Shown here: piece after piece, positions 12,511 through 31,980 of the stretch | How positions within the stretch are numbered: the stretch's first letter is position 1 | How the letters are laid out: every line of letters starts with the position of its first letter | Origin: Ramazzottius varieornatus | Lineage: Eukaryota; Animalia; Tardigrada | Assembly (NCBI GenBank): GCA_001949185.1 | Contig: BDGG01000003.1 | Span: 992,690 to 1,056,689, forward strand | DNA: 64,000 bases | Direction: 5' to 3' | Notes under the pieces: generated by a model | What the model was told of the DNA's origin: nothing | The model's input: only the letters and a program-made list of their open reading frames with translations | Database searches by the model: none | Program-made: the position numbers and the translations under genes

Positions 12511-13120
12511 GCGAAACTGTGTTTTTCGATAAACGCCTCTTTCTTTGTCCTCCTCTGTCTCCGTAACTTTCCCTTTCGTTTTCAAACGATGATATTAGAA
12601 CGGACATCACGCGGTGATGTCAGCTCATGAATTCAAGTAGCTGTCTTGCAGAGTGTTCGAAGATCATAACTCTGTTCTTTCGGCGTCGAGCAATGCGGAA
12701 GACGGAAGGCGACTGACGAGCTGTGTTGACCGCACCATGCTTGCAGTGATGCAACATCGCTGTCCGTGAACCGTGGTCGATGTCTTCTGGTTACGTATGC
12801 GTCTTATTGTTACTGAAGAACTAAACGATTGGTACGGAACTAAGAATACTACAGGGGAAAGTGGCTTGTCGTTCGAGCTTCGAACAAAAGTATGTGACAC
12901 GTGTGAAGTAACGCTGAATAATTTTGATAGAAGGTGATTATTTTCTCCGTTGCCTCCGTGCGTCCCTCTTTTGCTTTCTCTGTCTCGTGTATTTTGAATA
13001 ACTATTTAAATCTTTGGAAGATTGTGTATGGGGAGATATTTATGTACAAAATTAGAGCGGGAAACTTAGAAAATTAATGATTATACTCGCACACAAATAG
13101 TTTACAATAAGATGCAGTTC

Positions 13121-13140
13121 GATCGATCGATCGATCGATC
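13121..13140. repeat. (GATC)5 microsatellite in the 3' UTR of paralog 3
   Basis: gatcgatcgatcgatcgatc. Confidence 0.9.
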
Positions 13141-13191
13141 AATCATCACAAAAAATAAAAGAAGGCAGGAGACAGATGAAGTAGACACAGC

Positions 13192-14074
13192 TTATTTCCT
13201 GGAGTACGAGCCGCTATGGTTGTCGCTTCCGTATGAGGAGGAAGGCTGGCTATTTCCATAGCCGGACTGGTAGTTGTCGTTACTGTTTCCGTAAGAGGAG
13301 GATTGATGGTTGTCTCCGTAGCTGGAAACTGCGTTATTGTCGTGGCTGTTTACGTAGCCTGACTGGTGGTTATCGCCATAACTGGATTGATGGTTGTCTC
13401 CGTACGAGGAACCACCGTTGTTTCCGTATGACGAGCCACCGTTGTTTCCATACGACGAGCCGCCATTTCCATATCCACCACTGCCTCCTCCGATGTTTCC
13501 GCTAAAGGCACCAATGTCACCACCACCAAAGCCAATACCACCACCAAAACCTCCCAGGCCACCGCCGAATCCACCGAAGCCTCCACCGAATCCGCCGAAT
13601 CCTCCGAATCCTCCGCCAAAACCGTTGTTACAGCCCCAGAAACCACATGGTCCATAGAACCCACCCTAAAAAGTGCATCCCCGTTGAGTTAGACGAGATA
13701 CCGATAATAAACATAGATTCTGAACTCGAAATTAGTCGCTGTCGCTTACGGGTCCGTAGAAACCGCTCAGGTCGAAGACGTTCCCAATATCGATACCGAA
13801 TCCTCCGAATCCTCCTCCATAGCCCCCTAATCCACCGCCGAAACCTCCGATGCCCCCGAATCCACCGCCACCGAGGCCTCCAAAACCGAGACCACCAATG
13901 TTGCTGCCTCCGTTGCCGCTACCGTAGTACCCACCATATCCACCGGCCACAACGAGTTGCAGCACTGTAATTATAAAGCCCATCAGAGCACAACCATCTG
14001 GTTAATAGAAGCTCGGCATGTCCAAAATACGTACAGGAAACCGAGAGGACGAGTCCAGACAATACAGCCTTCAT
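13192..14074 (-). CDS. Secreted Gly-rich protein, paralog 3 (242 aa)
   Basis: Exons 14074-14035, 13964-13750 and 13665-13192. Signal-like MKAVLSGLVLSVSLLQLVVA; core GGFGIDIGNVFDLSGFYGP|GGFYGPCGFWG; GGFG, SSYGNNGG and SYGDNHQS repeats. Confidence 0.88.
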
Positions 14075-17000
14075 TTTTGGTGAGGATAGAGCCGTGAACC
14101 GTGAGCCGTGAACAACCACAGAGGAGAAATGAAAAGTAGAGACGGGAAGTTAGAACCAGGAAGCTGAAGGAAATGAGCGGTGAAAGTGATACCTAATCTG
14201 TTGATCCAGATGGTTTATATATCAGATCGAGAGTTCTGAATTTTTTAATTGTTCTTTCAACTCGCGTTCGATCTCCTATGATTTCATCATCCGTATTCGC
14301 TTAATTACGAAGCACGCACGAGCGATTAATGGCGGCCATGATCATCAACACGGAGTTTTGTTCGTTGCTCACAGTGTCTGCTCGTAATCGGCTTACTATT
14401 TGGTGAAGATATTGACGGCTGAAATGCATCTTATTAGATCAGCTCGGCGCTACGACTGACGGACACTGCCTATTAACGATATTCAGTGGCGCAGCGTGGG
14501 TACGTTGAACAATCGATAGCTGACACGAAGTAACAAATCTTTTGAAGTGTGCGACCACCAAGGGGGTTTTCCTTTCTGCGGCAGATCTTGCCTTTTTTCT
14601 GAGCACCGCGAGTTTTGTTATCGATCGCACAGCTTGCACAAAGATTTCCATTGACGCCGACTTTATTTTGTCGTGTAGGGTTAACCCCGTTTTCGTTGTC
14701 GGTCAGAGTTATCGCGGATGATACTAATGTCAATAAAACGGAGAACCGATGGACGCAGTATGCATTCAAGGCCTGATTTCAGATCTTGCGGTCTTTCTTT
14801 CGGTTGAATGTGGATGTGACGGGATCTCGATATCTCGCTGCTCCGACGCTTACTACGGTAGCATCCTCTGTTCTGTCGATGTATCTGGGTATTTCATCGA
14901 CAGTCACAAGTAAAGTATCTTTTTATCGTTCCCCGTTCAATTTCTGCATGGTCCTATTCACCATATGGCCTAGTTCTTTCTGAGGGAACTGGGTGCTTCA
15001 GGTATTTGAAACGCTCGAGCTCCAGTTCAAGCTCGTCGCTATGATCGCGGGTACCGATCCACATCTGAGTTCTAGTGGCAAACTGGACCAGTGGATTGGG
15101 CCCGTCGTCGGTCGTGTTGTGGACAGCGCTATGTCGCACACCACTTTCGTTACATGAAACAGCAGATCGGAAATTCGTAAATGGCAAGAACAACAGAACA
15201 TGGTATCCAATAACCAACTGCGGGTTTAGGTATTTGCAGACTGATGGTTGCTATGGTCCTACTTGGTAATCATGAATGACTGAATCAAACTTAGTACTAC
15301 ACAGAGTGGCTGGTCTGCGGACTGTCTGGACAAGAACGCAGCGCATTCAGCATTTTTCGAACTCAAAACCACTCGGTTCTGTGCGTATTTCTGTTTGCAA
15401 GTGCCAATGCTATTGTAGGGTAACTCCAGTCAATTTCGCCACAGTTCAGGGAGAAAAGATGTTGAAACTGTCAGAAAAGAAGCTAGATTCAGAACCGTAA
15501 GATCCCACTAGAGACCAGCGTTCCCCCATTGCACATTGCCTCTCACACGTATCGCGCCCATGAGAACAGCGAACAGGGGATGACTGCAATTTATTTCTAC
15601 CAACTGAACTCCGTATCCGGTTTCATCATGTGAAACAAATGATGCTGTTTCGTCTATAGTCTCTTTCGCTCTCGAAATGTCCTGACTGAGCTAGCTTTCG
15701 CTACAGTTTAACGTTCACCAAGGAGTAAGCAAGACAATGCTTCCACATCACCAGACCAGAACATGATATTCTGAGCGCAAAGCTCGAGTAGTGAAATCGG
15801 GCACGTTATCCCACGGAACAACCGATGCTACTGTAGTAGGGAATCGAAAGAAACCCCACGCACACCCCTCACCACATCATTAATACAACATACGTGACGT
15901 TCATTTCTACGGAATTTTCAGTGCTCCCTGCGGTAGATGTTCTCTTGACCAGCTCTCAACAAGTTGGTATCAATAGAGCCGTCTCGTTCAGCTTAGCTTC
16001 TGAAACTGGAACGAGTGATACCGAATATGAATGGATTTGTAGCATGTTAGTGATATGTGGATTTCTTTATGATACAATACTTTCATCTGTTTGGACAGAG
16101 CGAATTTCATGTCCAGAATCGTAATTTGGATACATATGTGAACTGACGGACGCGGTAACATTCCAAAGCTGCTGTATCATACAGTGTACTTTTGTCGTAA
16201 CGATACTCGCGTTTCTCGTCGTCGAGCTTACCACCTGCAGCACCATGGGATCGAAACGATCTCAAAAAAGTACTCCTCATCAAACTGCGAACATCCTTTC
16301 ACGTACTCATTCGGCGGTCTTTTGCTTCGCCTGAGCACTTGCCTTTTCGGTGAAGCCAAAAGAAACACTGTCAAGTTAAAGCGAAAAATTTGATGGCTGG
16401 GAGACTGACCGGTGGCGACTCGTGGTTTTCGATTCGGAATTTTCAGGGGTTTTAGTCAGACGGCGGATCTGTCTCCGAATACTGTTGATACCAAGATGGG
16501 CAACTGCAGTTTCTCGTGTTCGCTATGGTCTGATTCGGTCAGCCAACTCTGCTAACCACAGGAAAAATTCCAAACTGTCCGGGAATCGGACACCGGTAAG
16601 TCATCAAGCGGCCAAATTTGGCCAGACCCAGTTTTACGTCTTCGAAACCGAAAAAATCGGTATTGGTTCACTACAGTACTGCCCCTTTAATTCCATCAGT
16701 TCAGTCTCGACACAAAACACGTGGTACTGCAGGTGTTACAAGTCGAACCGTCAAAGGTGGCATCTGTCGATCAGGGTACCTGCAAGCTGCGCAAGCCACA
16801 GCCATCTGCAAGATTACAAGCTTTTATAGCCATGTGACAGAAAGACGAGTAATCGATATCTGCTTGAGTAGACGCATTAAGTTAGTTTACGTGTAACGAT
16901 CGCGAACGGACACTGAAGACGGGTCGAGAAGCCCCGAGCGCGCGGACGTCGGGTTTGGCGCGCTGGGTGTCGAGCTACATAGAAGCTCAAGAAACCGACA

Positions 17001-17977
17001 AGGCGAAGAGAATTCGTTGTGTACAGGACGGCACCAAAATTTAATGTTGAAAAGCAGCCGTACTGATGTGGGATAAGTGAGGAGAGAGCTAGTGTACCAA
17101 GTCAGTTCAAGCTTTAGCAAATTCTTGCGCGTCGTTTCATTACGCTTTCTGAGTAACTAGATCAGAACCGAGCAGCAGACAACCTGATTCACCGTAAACA
17201 TGTTTGGTCTGGACAATAAGTCGTTCTGAACGAGAGTCTTACTTGCATCAGTAGGGCTCAAAGCTTTCAACGGTAAAACGCAGGAATGTTTGGTATCAAT
17301 GATGAGAAGAAAGGGTTTCGGAAGACTATCTGTATGAGGTAGAGTCATCCTAGTCCTGCGTCTGGGTAAGAGGGATGTGCAGTCGAACAGCCAGATGTAT
17401 CTCCTGATGCAAAAGATTTCTGAGTACGTAAAAGGTTTGAGTTGTGATCACGGTTTTTCTTGCGGTATAGGTGTGTTTTTTCTATAGTTGGATTGCTAAA
17501 CCAAATCCTTTGCGCCGGAGGAGCTAACATCGGGATCAAAGCGGTTATCGGGAGGGCACTGTACAAGGTGCGGAGGAAGCAATGTCAAAACAAAGCTCAT
17601 AATCTGTCAATGGACTAATACCAATGATATTTTCGCGTATCCCGCTGACTCACCGAAGTAAATAGCCTACGGCCTGAGCCACCCGTACTTCGCAGCCTGT
17701 TGTTCATCTAAGATGATTTATCCTTTGATATCGACATTACGCTGCTCATTTTCCCGAAATGTATTGACGCAAATACCACCATTTGGCATGGGTTTAACGA
17801 TCCTGACAAATTTAATCGATGCCACCTCGAACTCCCGTGCGTTATGGTCGCGAATAGTCCTTTGGTTCATTCCTTCAGACCAAAAAGCAATTTTGAGATC
17901 AGACGAAGAAAGAAAGTTGGTATACTTCGGGTACATGAAATTCCGGTACGCTTGATCTAAGATGGCCGTGAGGTTTC

Positions 17978-24316
<6,339 letters not shown>

Positions 24317-26363
24317 TCTTCAACCTAAATATTTGCCCGAAAGAATTTAGGTAGGGCTTTCTCAGGACTAAATTTAGATATGTTGACATCGACAGAAGGT
24401 CAAGATACACATTGAGAACCCACACTTGCCTTCTTGGCCTTCCTCAAATGACGCTCATTCCCCGCAGTGGTTTAATCCGCATTGCGGAGAATGGGACACA
24501 TTTGCCGAACAGGGAAAAGGGAGATGGGTCCAAAACGGAACAGATGTTAAATTAGTTTCTGCTGACAAAGAATGTCCCAAGCACACTAAGCTTCACCGGT
24601 TATTCAAAGCCTCCCAATTCAAACGCTCTAATTTTGTCAAAACAGGTTCTCATCAAAAGAATACAGAACGGATAAACAAGTGCAGAAGAAAAAGGCGAAG
24701 GGACAGCAGTCTGGATACTGAATAATGCTGCACTAATTTGTAGTGTGAAGGAGACGTCGATTGCGGGGTGCTGGAAGGATGATGAAGAGGAATTGGCTCG
24801 GCGTGTGCGCCGGGATGTTCAAGCTGAGTCTATGCTCAGTGTGAGTCTGGATAGGATCGAACACTACAACGCTGGTTGTACGTGGTTATGCGATCGGCAG
24901 TGCACACTGTATCCAAGTCCGCTGGGACTAAAGAGGAAGAAGCCAAAGAGCTGCACTGATTATCAATAGGCGCTGTTACGTTGTGCCCAGCCCGCGTTAT
25001 CGATTCTTCAGCTTCCTCCACTCTTCCCTTGGTCGCATATCCGCTCTGCACTTGTGCTCACATATAGATGCCAGTCCGTCGATAGTTTGGTCATGTACGG
25101 CGCATGTTTCGGCTTATACCTACTGTATAGCGCGCAATCATGGCATGCGTCATCTATCCCGCGACTATTATCTTCCCATCATTCTGTTGCGCTGTTTTGT
25201 CGCTTGCTACCGTATTTTCATTAGCATGAGTATGATGAGTCCCGTCCAGTACTGTATTTCGCACCGCTCTCTTCGAGTATTAATACTTATTCGCTCACAT
25301 AACCTGCTACTTCTTCGCACCCCGATCAGTTCGCGCACCGTCTCCAGCTTTTAATACAAACCGCTTTTGGGGAAAAGGCCGCACAGAGATAGCGGGATTA
25401 GACTAACAGAGGCAACCAAACTGAATAACCGAATTTGGTGAACATTGAAGATTAAACGATCCGGTGCATCGAGTGCTTTGTGTTCATTTTTCAGAGCCAC
25501 ACTGACAATTATGAGTTACCGCCAGGTTCCACCGTAAGGTGCACTAGTGCAAGTAGCTTCAGCAGAGCACAGTGCTAGTTCATGGCTGAGTCCGGCTAGT
25601 TATTATGCTTATTAGGTAGGGATGGGCAGATCAATCGATAGATTTGCCGTCATTTTGCCGCCTCAGTACGGATAAACTGGCAGCCACGAGAGACAGTGTC
25701 CCGTAATGCGAAAAGATTCATGATCAGGGATGAGTTCCTCTGCCTCGCAAGCGATGGCTCGACCGTTAGGTTCATCACAGCCACGCCATCTGTCGACAGC
25801 CAGCACGAGCTGGTGCAGCAGGTGGCACCGCATACCGGTGAGAAGTTGGCGCCAGAGTTTCAGTATCATAGCAGTTTCCGATGTGAAGTAGCTGTAATGC
25901 TATATTAACGGGATAGACAGAAGCCCAACGAAAACTTGCCAGCCACGGAACTGTCTCCCTAGTCCTCGAGATTACCGGTAGGTACACCTTTGATTCCGTT
26001 TACCTGAGACACTAACACCAGTGGCAGGTTTACTCACATATGCAAGTAACGGATGAAACCGGTGGCGCGTTGCCGTTTCTTTTGAAGCACCATGTATGAC
26101 GCCGCAGAAATACGAAGGTCGTCTTTTGTCTCATTGGACAAAATCGTACTGTAGTGCTCCTAAATTAACGCGCACTCAACCACGTGGACAGTAAATAATG
26201 CCCGGGTGAGAGTCACACAGGCTACACTGGTAACATCTGATCATACTGGACTACGATGACTCATCAGGTGGCTGAGTGCGCGTTAATTTGGGAGCACTGT
26301 ACAGTAATGCCGTTAGCATGCTCGTATCTCTGGTAACATGTGCAGCACAGTCTGAAAGCAATA

Positions 26364-26613
26364 CAGTCCTACCTGTGAGATGTAACAATTGCTTCTTCTG
26401 CAACAGAACAGCGTTTCTGCACGAGACATGCACTGCGCAGTACGATCAGCTGATCGACGTCCGGTTCTCTTTTGACTTGCTCAAGTAATCAAGCGCGTGT
26501 CTGATCAGCTGATCGAGCTCATGCGAACAGCATGGCGAGCAAATCCGTGTACACTTGAACTGTCCGGAACTGATTTCGGGCGTTTGAACTGTCACAGCGC
26601 TCAAAGTAAAATC
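26364..26613 (-). mobile_element. Degraded second copy of the 1335-1578 MITE (inverted)
   Basis: TA|CAGTCCTACCTGTGAGATGTAACAATTGC matches the reverse complement of the right end of the 1335 element. Internal GATCAGCTGATC and GAACTGTCACA are also shared. Confidence 0.75.
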
Positions 26614-27725
26614 TACGACTAGTCCTAAACGTCGTTCCGAAGAGCCTCGGACCCAAAGAACTCTTTCCCCTAACAGCTTTGCTCCCGAACGTCACCTTTC
26701 CCTAAAACATATTCTCATCTCGAGAAACTTTGGCCCCGAACAATCACAAACCCGCAGAACTTCGGCTCCGGTGACCGCCCATCACCAAACCTTACTAGTA
26801 CCTTATGATGGTCGATTACATATACAGTCGATATTTGGCGGTGTTCTATCTACTCCTGTCTTCCATGATTATGAACTATATGTTGGCGGCAGCATTTCGA
26901 GCGGTTCGAGTTTGCAACAGAGAAGAGGCCTGTCGACTGGAACAGCAGTGCGGCGAAGCGCCGTCTACTGGATAATTTTGTACAGCACACGGTTGCATCG
27001 ATCATTCCGTCACTATACTATTTGCAGTTCTCGCAGATGGCGCTCTCGGTCGAGGCGCAGTTAATCTTCTGCAACAGCTCAGCTGAATTGCGTTCTTTCC
27101 TACACCGCACTTTTCAAGACGTACACGCGCCTGGCCTAACTGTTTTCATGGACAGACAGTTCAAAACAAAACAATGTACATGCTTTATACAAATCTTTAT
27201 TGAGATGGCAGTGAACAGAACGCATCGGTAGTGTACTCCAATCAGTTCGACGGCAGTGCGTTAGCGAGATGGTGACAATGATTAACAAAGACTACGTTGA
27301 GCAGTGTACTTGTATATGTGAAGAATTACAGTCAAACCGGGAGATGAAACAGTGGAATGACCGGTCGGAATAACATATTAGAAAGCATAACTTCTGTAAC
27401 AATAAAGAAAGCTCGCAGTTTGTGTGAAAAGACTAGCAGGAAGCAGCGACAGCAACGAGGCAGATGCAAAAAGGACACAAAATCAATTGAAAGCGCTGGA
27501 AAGTCTCATGGGGAAAAGACTTGACAATGAAAGCGAGAAGCAAAGCTTTTTTCTCCTTTTCTCTCTTCATCGCCAACGAAAGACAAAGCAAGGCAGACAT
27601 AACCAGCAGCAGAGGCGGCGACGGCAGCAGCAGCAGCAGCTAGGAAGCGGGAAAATGCGGGAGCTCGGTTTTTGCGGTGACGTCATCAGCCCACATCTGC
27701 ACAAAGATGGCACAGGGCTTCTTCT

Positions 27726-30700
27726 TTAGAACATGCGCGGTTTGCGCTCATTAGTTTCCATCCAGGTTTCTCCGTAAAATCCATTCATACCACAGAAACC
27801 ATTCCGTGGGTTCATGGCTTGATTTGCAGTGTGATTTGGCTTTGGCGCATAGTTGGCAGACGAAAAGGATAACATCGATGGACAGGTTTTAGCCATCGTC
27901 GGATAACTTGTCACATTGGCACTGGTTGACGGCTGGTGATGCGAAAACATAGCCTGTCGAAATGCATGTTCCGAGTGAAACGTCGATGGAGCTGGATTGT
28001 GTCGGGACGTAATTAGGTTTTGATTGGCACTGTCAGTCATCCAGAATGGATTGATTGAGTCGATGGGTTCTTCCTTGATTCGAATCGGCATCGGACCAGC
28101 CAGACTGAGACGGCTGATGTGCACGTAGGGCTGAACGGCGTCCATAGACGATCCTCCAGATGGCGCTGTGGAGTTTAGGATGCTCATGGCCAAATTTTCC
28201 ACACCGTCGCCCATCTGTAAAGTTCAACAATGAGCAAAGCTATGTTCACTTTTAATCTTAAAATAATATGGTATATTGGTTGTTAACGACCGAATTTTAC
28301 CTGCATCTCATGTTTAAAGATCTCCAGCTTAGGAAACGAGAAACCCAGCCCAGCATCAGAGATCGGCCAGGCAAAACCGTTGGTGCCCATTGTTGGCATC
28401 GATGAGTGTGAGAATGTCGGCGAGGGCGTTCCAGCGGGCGCGAAGTACCCCGAGTCAAAGCTGGCTTCCGACGGCGAGTCTGGCATGTCCCACCGAGCCA
28501 GTTCCAGTTCGTTCTCCAGCACCTCTCGATCGGCCGTACCCAACGACGTGCTGTTGGGGCCTTTGCTCGTCAAGATGCGTTCGATTTCATCCAGTGGTAG
28601 TTCGAAGACTCGCTGGACAGCCAGGTGGAACAGTTGGTCGGCCGCTTCCACTTCGTTGCTGTCTTCCGGGCCGCTGTCCTCCAGACTGGTACCAGCTTCG
28701 GACTTGACGGAGACACTTTCGGAGTGAGGGCGACGAAGACGTCGATGGCAAGTGTCGATGTGGCGCTTCAAGCTGGACTTCTTGGTGAACGATGACAAGC
28801 ATAAGTCGTAGCGGCAAGTATATGGACGGATACCGTCGTGGGCATTTTCGTGGAACTTGAGAGATTCTCCGCGGGTGAAACTCTTGTTGCACTGGCCGCA
28901 CTTGAACGGCTTCTGAAAAACAGACAACATGGGTTACGTCTATCGAAATATTGCGGTGCCAGGAGTGCAGCTGAAGACAGATCGGTCAACGGCATAGATT
29001 AATTTGTGAATGCGGGACAGGCAAAGAATCCATCCAGTTCGCTGTCCCAAGTGGCGCACGCTCTGGCTGCTATCAGCTATAAACGTGCGCGAATCAGAGA
29101 ATGGATTTCTGTGAGTATTGAGATCATTTTCTCACGTGGCGCACGGTCTTCGCCAGTAACATCCGAAGCGTGTGTCACATGAAATAACGATTTGCGTCAA
29201 TGTGGTCCGATTTAGTCCGACAGGCTGAAGTTCGAAGGGATATTATGCAGTCAAGATCAAACTGCGATGTCAATGATAAAAAATTGCTGCCCATGCTGAA
29301 TGCTCACCTCTCCGGTATGTTGCCTCTTGTGACGGTCGCGAACGCCTGCAGAAAAAGTACGGCCATGTTAAAGACTGATCATGGCTACCGACATTAATTT
29401 GGAGTCGTCTTGTACACATAAGTGCATGCAATTATGATTGACAAGTTGATACCTTTGGAACTGAAACAACGGCCGCAGTGTTCGCACCGGTAATCCTTGC
29501 TCCCGTAGTGCGTCTTCTCATGCGTGCGCAGATGGGCCGATTGGGTGAAGGCCTTGTTGCAGATGGCGCACTTCCAGTTGCGGGTTCCTGTGTGGGCGTT
29601 CAGATGAGCATGTAACACGTTGCACTGTGTGAAGCGTTTCCCGCACATCGTGCATCTGAAAGTGAAAATTAATAAATTTGGCCTTAACAATAAATCGCCA
29701 AGACTTCCAAGTTCGATATTCTACGACAGAAGTAATGCGTTCAAGCTGAGTATCCGATGTTTCACTTTATGAAATTGTTTTTAGCGGAGGAAAAGAAAAT
29801 TTCACAGACATTTGGTTGGAATTTAGGTGCGACCTCGCGCCGGAACCGCTGAGTACTGTGCACTTCCGGCTGCCACATACACCAGTGCCGATTTTGCAAA
29901 TACTGTTCCTGAATTAATGTCCAGAAACAGTTTTTAACATAATTTACGGTCGAATGGAAGAAAAGCTTGGATTGCTGAGAGAACCCGTGATCACCTGACA
30001 AGTCAGGCGAGCATCATGGTATCATGCAAGATCGATGCACACTTTTATGGAAACCACTTGAATTAAACATATTTACATTCGAAAAGGTAGGAGGTTACCA
30101 CATGAAACGAAACAGGGGCATTATTGACAACATCAGAAATGAAATTTGGCGACAATATAGACAGGAAATGTTAAAAGACTGGCTTCTTAGCGAGCTTCAG
30201 CCCCCGGCATCTCCGTCGGTTCTCACAAAGCGAGCAGACTGATGAAAAGCTCGGTCTGCCATGGCCGAAATGCATGCAGTAGCTAGTCACAGACAAGCAG
30301 CCAGCAGACATGTAGAGGTAACCTAAATTAATGGCGAAGGATCAACGTCAGCAGACCACACAGCAAGCCAGCGAGATATTGCACCCGGCGAACCAGCAAG
30401 CTTCTACAAACACAGACGTACCACTTTGGCGAACCCTTGAGCCTACGTAGTCACGAACTGTCTTGATCACTTGACAGTGATTATAACAGCTTGCTAGCTG
30501 ACGCTAATATGCTTTCTCGGCTGACGTCCATAAGCCTACGCTTTGAAAGCGACATCTACCACAAGGTTTCAATGACTTCCAAATCGGAATTACATTATTA
30601 CGCAACGAAAAAGTCAGTTTTTCCGATTTTGAAATTCTAGAATACTTCGTTTCAAATTATGAAAGTTTCGTAAGAACTTCCCAGGAATTTCGAAGGTCAA

Positions 30701-31030
30701 CCAAGTTTACCTGGGTATTTCGAAAAATCGTAGATTGATCCATCGAATAATTTTGACGTAATAATGATCAAAAGCGCGGCATTTTGCAGCGTCTCCTTGT
30801 TAATGCAACGAATATGAAATGATGAATGCTTACTGGTATGGTTTGAAGCCTGTATGGATCCGGTTATGTATCTTCAAGCTCTTCTTGCTGGCGTACATTT
30901 TGCCGCACACTTCACATTCGACTTTCTTCTTGACGTGCACGGCCAGTCTGGAGTACCATTCCTCCATCTCCGCAGATGAGCTACAGGGGGCCGATGCAGG
31001 CGCGTCCTCATCAATCACCAGCACTGGCAT
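27726..31030 (-). CDS. C2H2 zinc-finger transcription factor (~6 fingers)
   Basis: Fingers CEVC..HNRIH, CTMC..HLNAH, CAIC..HEKTH, CEHC..HKRQH (completed by a ~38-nt exon near 29308-29345), CGQC..HENAH and CRYDLC..HIDTCH, with TGFKPY/TGEKPF linkers. Start codon uncertain. Confidence 0.9.
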
Positions 31031-31855
31031 TGAATTCTGCAAATCAAGGGTAACTGTCAGACAACCGAGACAAGCAAAGCGTGAATAATTTCAAAATAAA
31101 TTTCGAGTTCTTGACAAGGCAGGAAACTTTGATGGAAATTGCAGTTGCTTTGTGATACTTTCACACTAGTATTCTTTCACATTCCACTCATTTGCATTGC
31201 CACAAGAAATTACGCACTTCGCTTGAAAGAATTCTTTATACCCGACATGATTACGAAATTATCCATTCTGAGGGAAGAGTCCTCCGTCAAGTCACGGCTT
31301 TCAAGCATGCGCTGATGTTACCGTGCATGTCAGGTAATTCAACCCTGTAAAAATGTCGCCTTGCGTCAAGGTGTTTGCTTACCTCTCGATCATCCATAAT
31401 GCTGCCAGGAGTTCTTATTGCTCCGGTAAGATAATCCAGATGTTCCTCGCCATTAACGGACTCAATCTTTCGCCAACGGGTGGAAAAAACTGTAGATCCT
31501 ACTGAGCCCCAGATCACTGTTGAATTAAACCTTAAAAACAGCTGTCATGCTAGCATGCCACGTATATTCAGCTGTGAAAAAGATCGTTATATTGAAAGCA
31601 TATTATTAGTTGGCACGATACAGGACATATAGAACACATAGAAAGTATAGAACACTGACTGCGATGCGCTGGGAAAAATTTGCACAGACTCTGCTAGAAA
31701 ACATAGTTCATCGATAACGGAAAAATATCAACTCTATGCTGAAAGAACTGCAATGTAGGAAGAAAGCGGCTGTTGGCGTCTAGACAAATTTTCAGGAATA
31801 CATGGCTATATTCGAAGAAGTATCAACCAGCGCAACCCCAACCATCTAGTTACAG

Positions 31856-31980
31856 GCGCGGCCATTTGTACAGTCTGTCCTACTTCTGATTGGTTTCGTG
31901 CGCACTTTACTTCTTTGAAGCTGCGGTACACACCCAGTAAACCATTCAGCGTACTCTATGCCGCAGGTCAACCAGGAAGT
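31856..31980. promoter_or_regulatory. Probable promoter region upstream of the zinc-finger gene
   Basis: Clustered YY1-like (CGGCCATTT), CCAAT (CTGATTGG) and ETS-like (CAGGAAGT) motifs. Confidence 0.35.

Noticed and set aside
27424-27729. Poly-Q ORF
   Set aside because: CAG microsatellite in the 3' region of the opposite-strand zinc-finger gene.
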